From positions 35,464,001 to 35,528,000 of the forward strand of contig OX638150.1 of NCBI GenBank assembly GCA_951804945.1: a stretch of 64,000 nt of DNA. Reading direction: 5' to 3'. Below the pieces are notes generated by a model that worked only from the letters and a program-made list of their open reading frames with translations, was not told the DNA's origin and searched no databases. Of the stretch, positions 28,101 through 40,100 are shown piece after piece. Both the position numbers and the translations under genes were made by a program. Position 1 is the stretch's first letter. The number at the start of each line of letters is the position of its first letter. The DNA is from Podarcis cretensis. Taxonomy: Eukaryota.

Positions 28101-31100
28101 TACTGTGTGTTCTAGGTTGAAGTTCTCAAGTCCAGGGGTGAGAACCTCAGGTGCAAGCATCAAATGTGACCCTCCAGGCCTCTCTGTCCCAACCCTCAGG
28201 ACTCTCCCTGTTACCCTCTCTCAGGCACCCTTCAATGGCCCTGCTTTGCACCTTCCTCGAGTGCTTTTGCCTTGCTGGAATGTGTCCTAGAGCTGTGATA
28301 ATGCCTCCTACTTGCATAGATTGAGAAATGCATGTAGGTGTATAGCCATCTCTAACTTTTGCATGGCTGGAATATAGCTTACTGCACAAAGGTAAGTCAC
28401 ATCCATTGAACTACCCACTTTTTGCTTCTGCCTACACAACTAGCATGGAAACCTCAGAAAGTTGCCCAGGAGGAAATGCAGCTGGAAAAGACTGGAAAAG
28501 GTTCTCCACCCCTGCATTAGTCCAGTTGAAAGCAATACATTTCCTTCAAAGTTACGCTCTAAGGATTAGTTCAGATATTGTTTTTGAGAGGAATAAGGGC
28601 TGCTGGGTTGTGTGTATACTTCTGGCAACTGTTAATACTGAAAGTGATCCTAATTTTTTTATTTAAGGAAATGTTTTGGGGCAGTTTCTTAACACTGGTT
28701 ACTTGTTTTTATGCAACCTCTGAGTGTTCAGAATGGGTGGTGGTGAGAGCACCCTTAATTTTTGTAGCTGGGGTAAGCTATTTTGCTATTTCTCACTGTT
28801 CAAGCATCTAGATACTAAAAATGTGGGTTATAAGCAATATATTATAATATAATATAATATAATATAATATAATATAATATAATATAATATATGGGTGAAT
28901 AGAACACTTTTTAATCTTCTAACTTAGAAAGTTTTGCTCTTTTATTTTTCTCTGTTGTGATTTTCTTGTCTTACATTGTTTTGTTTGATTAATTTATCGT
29001 CTTTTATCATACTTCATTTTTTGTTGTATTAATATGCCATTCACCACTTTGGAGCAAGTTACTGTTGTTGTTAATAATATTAGTAGTAGTGCTTAAAGTT
29101 AGTACTTGTTGAGACAATATAACTTCAAAAACTGGTGCCGGAATTCTACTGCTGTTCTCTTCCTTCCTTTTTCCTTATGTATCATGTCTATTAGACTCTG
29201 AATCTTTTGCTTTATAGCAACATAGAATTTGCTTTATAGCAACATAGTGCTAGCACAGTTTTCAGAGTGGGAATTTCTAGTTTTAAAGTCCTTCCTTGTG
29301 AAAATTGTGTTACACATTGAGACTTAATACATCAGATAGAAAGGCCATGTGAAAAGGTATCTCTCTGAGATCACAGGTTTCCATTCAACTCCCACACTTC
29401 ATGTTCAAACTGTATTTCAAGCGTTGCTCAGTTTGTTACCTTGTCTCCTGCTGTTGTGTGCTTTCCTCTTCTGTGGGGGCCGAAGAAGACGACAGTCTTG
29501 AAACCCACCAGCTTCTGTCCTAATTCAATGTGACCTGAAATCATATGTATTTAGCTCTGCATAATGAAGTAAAACCTTTCACTGCCTTGGGAAAAGCTAC
29601 ATTGCAGGTAGCTAAGGTATTCAATGTGCAGAAGTAAGTGGCAGGGATATCTGGAAGCAGTAGACTGGGCATCCCTGTTTGGGACAATGAGATAAGTTTA
29701 TTTGATGGTACCGAGTTGGAATTGGGTTACTTATTCTATACCATTGCTGCCTTCTTTATGCAGGTCATCCCCATGCCCGAGTGTGAAACATGGAGATGAG
29801 TGGGGAGATCCCAGTAAGTGTGACAATGGAGATGCATGCCAGTACTGTCACACCCGCACAGAACAACAATTTCATCCAGAGGTACAGTGAGCAACCCTTC
29901 CTGTTGGCTGCCTGGCTAGATAAATGGAGGGGCTCCAGGGTTTATATGTGCTGATAAACAGTAACACTTCTAATAAAAAGTACAATAAGAACACTGGAAG
30001 AGAAAGAATCCAAGGGGTCCTGAGGAGCTGAAATTGCTTGAGATCTTGGATTCTTCACCCATAAGTGCTCCTATTGCCATCTAGACATGCTGGGAAGAAT
30101 GTTTCCTTGGACATTGAGAGTACAGCTGGCAGGGGCTGCAGGAACCAAGGTGAGGGGCCAAATGGGGCTTGATGGTTGGATGTAGGAGAGTGAGAAAATA
30201 TGGAGTGGAAGCCTAGAAGACACAAGAGGCTGAGGGAGGTGCATGAGATCTAAGTAGTACCCTGAAGGGTTAGGCTGACTCCTTGTCTTGTTTTTCTGAA
30301 TTTGAGACATAATTCGTCCAAAATGCGAAAAAAGAATTTTTACTGTCTCATAAGGTATTCAGAGCAAAGTCAGAACAGTGATGGGTAACTAAATGTCATG
30401 AAGGCTTTCAAAGTTGGAACAGAAGGTGTGATGAATTTGGGAACTGACACCTTCCTCCTGTGCATACAAGGGCAGCAGAGTTAGTCTTAGTGTACACAAC
30501 CCTTATTATAAGAAGACCATGTGTTTTCTAGCAACTTTTGATGTTACTGTTGGGACATGGCTGCCCTGTCTATCAGCAGAATCCTTTCAAACTCTAGTTA
30601 AACATAGTTGAAGCAGTTCAACTATGGTTCCTTTCCTCTTTCCCCAAAGACTGCTGTTCTGGCAGCATATGGTGGTAGGGGCTTTGGGAGTGATTCCCAT
30701 GGATGCATATACACATGGAAACACTTCTCTTGAATGGATACTATACACTTCTTTTGCTCAAATGTTTCCATGTGAGCCAATTCTGGATCCTTAGATAGAG
30801 CCAGTGTATGCACAGGACCATCATTCAGTAAGTTGCAAGAGTCATTAAAGCTGCAGTCCTATACACACTTATATGGGATTAAGTCCAGGCAAACTTTTGA
30901 GTAGACATGCAAAATATTGTGATGATGTTCTAATCAACTGTATTAATGTGTATTATCAATGGTAATAATGCTAAAAGTAATTCTGTGAATGTCAAATATA
31001 ATTTGGGATCAGAGTTGTATGTAAAGCATAACTGAGGCACATCAAACTCAGTTGCATTTCTTGGTATAGTTCTATTTTTTTAAAAAAACCATTATAGATA

Positions 31101-34100
31101 ACTATGTGTGCTCACGTGCATCACATTTTGTGCTTCCCCCCCAGATCTACAAATCAACAAAATGTAATGACATGCAACAGTCTGGCAGCTGCCCCCGAGG
31201 ACCCTTCTGTGCCTTTGCACATGTAGAACGTAGGTGGTCTTATCTTTATCTAGCAATAAAGTGTAAGTGAGAGAAGTGTCATCCTGGGTTCAAAGTGGGA
31301 CTTCATTTGCTGGATTAAGCAAAATTCAAAACAAATTACCCCCCTCCCCTCAGCAAGTCATGGGAAAGAATTCAAAAATAAATATTCCAGTGGATTTTAT
31401 TTTGTGTGTTGTATCTTTTACTTTGGAAAAGACGCTTTAGCCACCAGATGGTGTGCGTTCTAATTGCATTTCCTCAAAATTAAGTGACACCCAGTGGCCA
31501 CTCAAGGTATTGTACAGTTTTAAGTTTTGCTGTGGGCATTTTGGATTGCTGGTTTGTAATTTGCCTGCCTGAGGCTGTGAACACACAATTTCTTTCTGCG
31601 GAGCAAAGGAAAGAACTCATCTGTTGTAGTATTTGACCTGATCCTTTCATGAAGGAGTTTTCTGCTTTTGAGATTTCTTTTTAAGAAGCCAGATCAATGT
31701 GGCACAGATCACTTGGTTGGAGTCTTAGAAATGATGGGCAAGAATTTTTGGACACTTGATCAAGACATATTTCATAGAGGGAGGAGCAGTGATAGGATTT
31801 TCCTCTTCAGCAAGGCACTGGTGAGTATGGATGGGGGGATCTGTGACTCCCCAGGTGCTGTTGGACTTCAACTCCCAGCCTGGTCAGTGGTTGTGAATTA
31901 TGGGAGTTGTTATTCAACCACGTCTAGTGGGGCACAGATTCACCACCCCTGCTGTAGCTCAACACTGGCATTAAAAGTGAAATAAGCAGTGTCTTGGCCT
32001 AACCTGAAATATGTAAGACGAAAGCTGAAATGGTTTTTGAACTACCCACCCTCTGCAAATCACTTTGGAGGAATGAAGGTGAAGCCACCTCCACAAATCC
32101 AGTCTGAATCTGTGAAGGTCCTCTCCATTCAACCCTAACCCTAACCCTAACCCCACCCAGATCTTGTCTGCTGAGCTGAAGACTGGATCTACTTCATATT
32201 CTTTCCCTTCCAGGTGCCCCAGACATTTCAGGGTGGGCTTGCCACGCAGATTCAGAACAACTGTTAACAGCTCTTGTTTCTCCATACATAACATATTCTG
32301 CCATATGAATTGTCTAGTTTGCCCTATTGGGAACATGGGATCTTTCCGTACGTAAAAAAATCAATTCTAGTGTTCTGAAATCAAATCAGTATACTAAGGC
32401 CTTTCTGTCTCCATTCCAAAACAGAGGGATAACAACTGGGAAAGGGCTGTTGCCTTTAGGCATCACATCATGGGCGTAGCCAGGATTTATTTCAGGGAGG
32501 CAGACTTTATGTTGCGGGGGGGTGGGTCAGAACCAAGTTATCTGCAACACAATTGTTTTTATTTATTTATTTATTTATTTACTTACTTTGGGTGGGACAG
32601 CTGCCCCCCCCCGGCTCCCTGGCTACAGCCATGCCTCACACCTGGGCTTTCCAGAAGTATATGGTTGGACATAGTTGGAAATAGAATGCTGGACTGTGTA
32701 GACAGTTGGTCTGATTCAAGAGGGTTGTTGTTATAGTCTTACGTTCTTCAGGCTATGATTCTAAGCAAGCATACGAAAGAAAACATCATTGAAATTGTAA
32801 GCTTGCTCACCTAGTAAATATGCTTAGAATTGGAGTGTCAGTCATCACCGTCAAGGTATTCTTAGCCATCATTGAACATTAGAGATGGAAACCCTGATTC
32901 AGTAGGTCTTTTGAATGAATAGTTACATCTGTCATTGCTTTAAGAGTGTAATTTATAATTTTAGGAAAAGCTAAGACACTCAAGGCAACAAACCAAACAT
33001 TTACCAACTTTGTCTTATGAAAACTTTCTGTTATTTCTGTGCTGGTATGAGGATTGCTGCAAATAGATACAGATCTATGGAACCTCTGCACTTAGGAGAG
33101 CCATAAGATCCATTTTCATTTTTCTGCATACATTGTGTCATGTTTTTGTTTTGCATTTCTTACAGAACCTCCACTTAATGAAGAGTTACAATCAACATCC
33201 TCTGTTTCCAGTCCTACACAAACAGGCCCTGTAATGTATATGCCCTCGGCAGCAGGCGATTCTGTTCCCGTTAGCCCTTCTAGTCCACAAGCCCCAGACC
33301 TTAGCAATGTACGTAGAAATTTTGAAAGTTCTTCACTTTGTAGGTTTTTACTGCAGACTTCTCTAAATATGAATGCCTTCTAGAAGAAGAAGCTGCCCCC
33401 TCGGACTCAATTACATTGCGTTAAGGAAATGGTGCCTATATTTTCCCCATAAAATTTACTTTGAATTTGTGGGGGTTGGCAGAGCACTGGGATGCAAAAC
33501 AGGTTTCCATCTGTGAGCTGAGATTTTGAAGGAACATAGTGGCATGGGTTTAAATCACAACTGCCACTTTCAAACTGGATTAGACAAGCTGAGCTGCTTT
33601 AAATTTACTTGGAAGTCATTTTCAAGCTGCCATATGGAGCAGCCCAAGGCTTTTCTGTTAAATTTAATACTGTTGTAATGCTCCCTGCTTAGAATTTGTC
33701 CCATTTGGGAAGTACTCTTTCTTCATCTGAAAATGACTGCTTCTAGAACACCTATTCAAATCATTAAAATGTTTGCATGGTTTTGCTTTTCTCCTCTTGA
33801 ATAAAGTGCTCCAAGCATAAAAGGGAAAGTTCAATCTCTTGTTGTGGGTGCTGAGCTCTCTTGTATAGGTCTCATCTGAATTGCTTACCTTGTGAATAGT
33901 GGCAGCTGCTCCTAACTAAATGTTTGGGAATACAGCCTTGGAGCTTGTGTACTATGATATGTTTGAAGAATTTAACCTGGGGTAGTTGCCCTCTGTTTTC
34001 ATGTTAAGCTAAAATTAAGCTGTACTTATCCCTTGGGAGAGTCTTGCATATTTCTAGTGAATCATATCAAGTCACTGTTTAGAAGTAGACATCCTGCTGT

Positions 34101-37100
34101 CTAGTGGCAAGCTCACACTCTCACCTTTTGGCGAGCAAATTGTAATGTCTCCTTCCAAGTCCACCTGCTTTTGTCATACTGAAGACCCTTTGTCTGTTGT
34201 TACTTCAGCCTGCTCAGCTGTGTATGTAAGCTGCAAGCCGAGTGAATGATGTTTTAATTATGCCTATTACGTATGACTGATTAAAGCTAAATAAATTGCT
34301 CATCCCACATATTCTGTGTTATGTCTTTGTCTTTGACTGTAGGTATGGAATAAACCAGGAACTCTGCCAACCAGCCCCACTTCTACTACAGTAAGTATCC
34401 ACTCTAACTGGGGAGAGAGAGCATTACACAACCTGTGCTGGTTGAATGAAAATTGTTATTGTAAGAGGCTCCCAACAGTCCCCTCTTCCTTAATTCAAAC
34501 CTCATCTGTTTTACATTTCAAAACAGTTGTTATGTTTGCCACAGTCCTGTATGTTTGCAGATCAGTAGCTCCCAGCCAACATGGCGTGTTATACCTCCAC
34601 TGTTGGGAGGCAGTATGCCTCCGGATACCAGTTGCTGGGAATTGCAGATAGGCAGAGTACTGTTGTGCTCATATCCTGCTTTCAGGCTTCCCACGGGCAT
34701 CTGGTTGTCCACAGTGAGAGCAGGATGTTGTGCCAAATGGACCATTGACCTGATCCAGCAGGCTCTTCCAATGTCCTTCCATTATGTGCCATTGGGCACA
34801 TAAATTAGATTCCCTAAAAGTTTCTAGTCCTTATGGTTATGAATATCCACATAAACATCTCCTAGAAACTCTTAAGTACAGAATTCCTGACAAAGCACTC
34901 AGCCATTAAACATTTTGTCCTGAAGATACTCTCCTTTTCTTTTGTCCGTGGTTCTTTAGCAAAGCAACCTTGAATGACTGCATATGTAAAAAACAAAGCC
35001 GAGTGGCTTCTGATAATTTGGAAGTTCTCTCTCCCAGTTGTGCATAAATACTAAAGAACTCTCATTTTTCTCATTGTTGTGATGGGTCCAATAACCATAG
35101 TTATTTATGACAGGGGAGGATGGGAAGTCCCCAATAAGAGTGATGCAATCAAACATTTCAAAAAAAGTTTTTAGTTGCTTTCAATTCTGTACTTGTAAGC
35201 TGCCTTACAAGTGTAAGGCAGTAAAGGTGTAAATGTTTTAATAAATGAAAACATTATGTTAATTAAAAGTATTTATCAATTTAGGTCAAGGAAGAATGGA
35301 ACACGTGGTTCATATGGGGCTATAAATATGTAGGAAAACTGATATAAAGAATTTGGGTTATGGGAATAAGAGTAAGAAGGTGTGCTGAGTGAAAATATTT
35401 AGCACTATGATCACTATAAACCACTTCATAGAATCATAGAATCATAGAGTTGGAAGAGACCACAAGGGCCATTGAGTCCAACCCCCTGCCAAGCAGGAAA
35501 CACCATCAGAACACTCCTGACATATGGTTGTCAAGCCTCTGCTTAAAGACCTCCAAAGAAGGAGACTCCACCACACTCCTTGGCAGCAAATTCCACTGTC
35601 GAACAGCTCTTACTGTCAGGAAGTTCTTCCTAATGTTTAGGTGGAATCTTTTTTCTTGTAGTTTGGAACCATTGCTCCGTGTCCGCTTCTCTGGAGCACT
35701 TCCCAACCACCTCTGTTTTCTAAAGCACAGACTGACGTCACATTTTTTATACTTTTTTTCTTTTAAACTTGAAGCATAGAATTGTAAGATTCTGAAGAAG
35801 CAACAAGGTTTTGCACTAGAAATATGTATTCTGCTATGGGATTATGTTGGCTGTGCTGGTTTCTAAATGTCACTTGAGAGAGCATGAAGAACTTGTGAGC
35901 TGAATGAGAAGAATATGAGATTGTCTCTGGGATCAAGATACGGTTGTGCATTTCTGAGATGCTAAAGCATGAAAACTTGTGATTTATGTTCCCAGTTGAC
36001 CTAGCTGAATCTAACAACTTAGTTATCTGGAGGTTTTTCCATCGAAGGCCATCTGCAGTAGTGCAAGACAGAATGTTACAATCCTAGGAATCTGTAATTG
36101 CACACTATATGAGTTCCTCTCATGTTGTGACCTATGCTGTTTTTTCTTCCTTCTTCCATTAGATTCTCTGTAGGAATAGCAGTCTTGGAAGCCCATCTAA
36201 TATATGTGGGTCTCCTCCTGGTGCCATTGGAAAACCCCATAGTTTGGAAAGCATTGGCTTCCCCACAGATTCAGTAACTGCAGCCAGCAGCTACAAGAAG
36301 GCACCAGGATTTGAGCGGGAAGACTTGGTTGGAGCAGAGTACCTAAAGAATTTCAAATGCCAGGTAGGTGGGGAATACAGGGAAAGGGGACCTAAGGGTT
36401 TCATATTGGCTTCGAAGCCAACTGCCCAAACCACTGCAATATGTTGGTGAAACATCTTGGTACTTCCCTAAGCTACGAAATTGGCGCTAGACAAGCACGG
36501 CACAAGGGCTCCTGGTATTGTGATACATAATCAAGTAATCCAAAGAAAGAATCTGAAGCAAACTTACAGTTTTTTTACATACCACAAAATCAGCCACCTG
36601 GAATTTTCTATTGGGCTAGTCTAGAGACACATTTCTCGAAACATTTTTTTCCAGGCAAGGACCCGAGTAAGAGTTCCTTGGCATAAAGAAAACCCTTGCT
36701 ATCTGTGTTATTGCACTTATCACGGTATATTTTTAGCCTAAAGGGATTATTTTTCTTCCTGAAAAAATATCTGAAGAAGTGTACATGCACACGAAAGCTT
36801 ATACCCAGAACAAACTTAGTTGGTCTCTAAGGTGCTACTGGACTATTTTTTTATTTATTTCGACTTCGTCAGACCAACTACCTGTATCCCTGAAAAAAGG
36901 CATTTAGAATATAACTGCAATGATACTTAAAATGGACATATCTGAATATTTTCATGAAGAAATAAACTCATGCTTGCAGAGAAGCCACTGGAAATTTAAC
37001 AGCAACAACAAACTTTATTACAGTCGCAGACCAGCATAACTGGGACATTTATTCTGGAGTATTTATGGAGTAGGATTTTTCTTACCAACTTTTCCTTAAA

Positions 37101-40100
37101 TGCCCATTTTTTTCTTTACTAGGCATAGACTAAGAAAACATTCCATACTTTCTTTTCATTGTTAATCTCACCACATGAGTACAGAAAGATCACAGTGGAG
37201 TACAAAAATTACAGGGCAATCATATGCATGTTTAAAACTTGGAAAGTTTATTTCATTTACTTCAAGTTATCAGTACTTCAAGTTATCAGTTACCCACTAC
37301 CACCACCATTTATTCTCTAATTCTTTTTTTCTGTGTCTAATGGGCTCTGAACTTTCTGAGAGCAGCCAAATAGAGAAAGTTTTGTTAGAATCCCATAGCC
37401 CTCTCAAATGCTTGAAGTCAGCAATTTCACATTTGTATACTCCCCCTCCACTCGTCTTTCTTTTTGTTCTGTTTACTGCAGCAAGCAAAGATTAAATCCC
37501 ATTCCTTGGAACACAGAACCCAAGAACAGCCTCTGTTACAACCAAAACAGGTATGTTACCCCAAATTGGCCCTAGACTATTTATACCATCTCATCCATGG
37601 CTTCCAAGCCTACTTGTGGATGCTGGATGAAGCATGGGTGGGTGGTGGTATTTTCCTAAGAATTTTTTTTTTTAAATAGCCCCTAACAAATTTATATTCA
37701 GGTATGTGCAAATGCTGAGGCTGTGCATATAGAGGAGCATCCAAATTAGAAATCTAAATATGAATTGGGATGCAGAGATAATTAAAGGGTTTAGTACAGC
37801 TTACTGAACCTTATTCTGATAAAATTGTACACAATTATGATTGTATGATGCCACTGATAATGTATGAGAAGTGTTCTGAAAGAATCAAAGTTGTCCTTCA
37901 TAACTGCAGCATACATTTGTTTTGGCACTTTGTTGTATATTAACACTACTGTGAACTGCCTTGAATGTATATTGATATAGAAGTCTGTGGTATAAATTAT
38001 ATATATATGTAGAGAGAGAGAGAGACTTCTCTTTCCCAAGGGAAATGAGGAAGAGAGCCTGTTATGTGCTGTTCAAGGCTCAGATTCTACTCTGAGTCTT
38101 GAAAAGTAGATAGAGCTGGAAGAGAAAGCGGGAAAGGGTGCCATTCTTTCAACTTCCTCCTTCAGAACTATTTCCTTTTTTTAGGAGGGGGGCAGCAAAA
38201 GTTACCACCCTCTCCACCTCATGATGGAAGGGTAAGTGGGAGAGGAGGCTTTATGGGCACCAGGGAAAGTGCCCATAAGCACCATGTTGGCATCCCCAGA
38301 GCTAGGGACTTGCTCATACACTTTTTAAATTGCATGCTGAGAATGAATTATCCAGTGTTTAAATATATGTCTCCCTCTTTCAGGATATATTGGGGATTCT
38401 TCCTGTTGGCAGCCCACTGACATCTAGCATCTCTTCTAGTATCACTTCTAGTTTGGCAGCAACACCGCCAAGTCCAGCAGGCACAAGCAGTGTCCCTGGC
38501 ATGAATGCAAATGCCCTTCCATTCTACCCAACCAGTGACACAGTGGAGTCTGTGATAGGTAATACTGCCTATACTCATGGGGGCCAGCTCTGAAAGGGAA
38601 TATAATCAGCCTGGGAAATAGGAGCATGTTTTAGATCTAGATACCTGGGGAGTTTTGCAGAATCCCATCTTTCTTTTAGAGGCGGCTAATATGACATACA
38701 CAGTCTTCCATGCATCATAATTTCAGCTCTGAATTATATAAAAATGTGTCAATATGGTGAATTGGATATTATGATTGCTCTGAATTTTTTGTGTAGTGAA
38801 ATTGATGTCTTGTTTGCTATCCTTCATCTTACTCTATGCTTGCTAAATTTAAAGATCACAAATTTGGCCCAAAGTGCTACTGTATTGGGCCAGTCCAGGA
38901 CTCTATTTAATTCATGTGACAGGTGTAATTTGTGGTTGAGCAACTGTTTTCATAAATTTTACAAGGATGAAACTCTGATCTGTACACATCAAGCAGAAGT
39001 CCATAGCCAGTCTGTGCCTTAGGTGAAGATTTAAAAGGACCTTGTTTATACTTCCCTACAAGGGTGTGGTATGTCACCGTGTTTTAATCTCTTGATTTCC
39101 CAAGGAGATTAATAGCACATATTGTGCAGAGCAGGCATTTCCCCTTTTATTTTCTCCTCAGGCACAACTTTATTTACTTTTTATTATTATTTCTAAACGG
39201 AAGATATATAGTGTTGCTTCATGTTGGCCTCTCATTGTCCAGATATCACAGTGCTGTGCCACCACCCTCCCAGGAGGAGCACCATTGCTGCTTACTGGGA
39301 TGGTGCAGGGGCAGCGTGGAGGCAGGATCAGGGCTCGGATTGGCTCTGCCAGTGCACCCTTCCAACCTGAACCTCACTGCTACCCTGCCCATCCCAGAAG
39401 GCAACACTGACGTTGCTCCCAAAAGGGCAGCAGAGTGACCCCGCCCCAGCTACTTCCGCCTGGAATGATAAAAAACCAAGAGAAAATTCCCTGCTTTGAA
39501 ATGAAAAGTTTGCAGTAGTGTGGTGGAGGACAGGAAGGGCAACTTCTTTAGCCCCAAACAGGCTCTTGTTACACATTTCAATAGGCATCCTGTGGGGAAT
39601 TGCAGTCTTTTTTGTGAAAGGCTCAGAAAGCAACCTTTTGGGAAAACGCCAAACCACAATACAGGCTTTGGAGAAAAAGGGGCTGGGGAGCAACCATTTC
39701 AATACAGAAAACTGTGATCTATTTTATGGTCCACATTTCTGAAGTAACATGAATATAACACATGCCATACTATTCTTTGAGAGACAACGTTAATGGGGCA
39801 TATTTGCTGGACATAGTAAATTGGCTAGAAATGACACTTGGGAAGAACCTGTGGAGGCTTGCTTCATCTCATCCCAACTGGCAATGCCCATGCTATGTAT
39901 CACTGATCCATTGTTGGGACACTGCTGGCTATAGCCTGCTTCCTAGGGTATGCTAATCCATCCCCTTTCCCCGATGCCCCTCACCTGACTGCTGCACTCG
40001 ACTCCCTTCTTTCCACTGCCATACCTGCACCTCATTCCTACTGCCCATCTCCTCCTCCACTGAATTGCAACCCAAGTCACTGCTCCACTGTGGAATTCCT

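Noticed and set aside
35791-35830. CTGAAGA...GAAA second hammerhead-like string
   Set aside because: Stem II does not abut GAAA and there is no stem I or stem III pairing.
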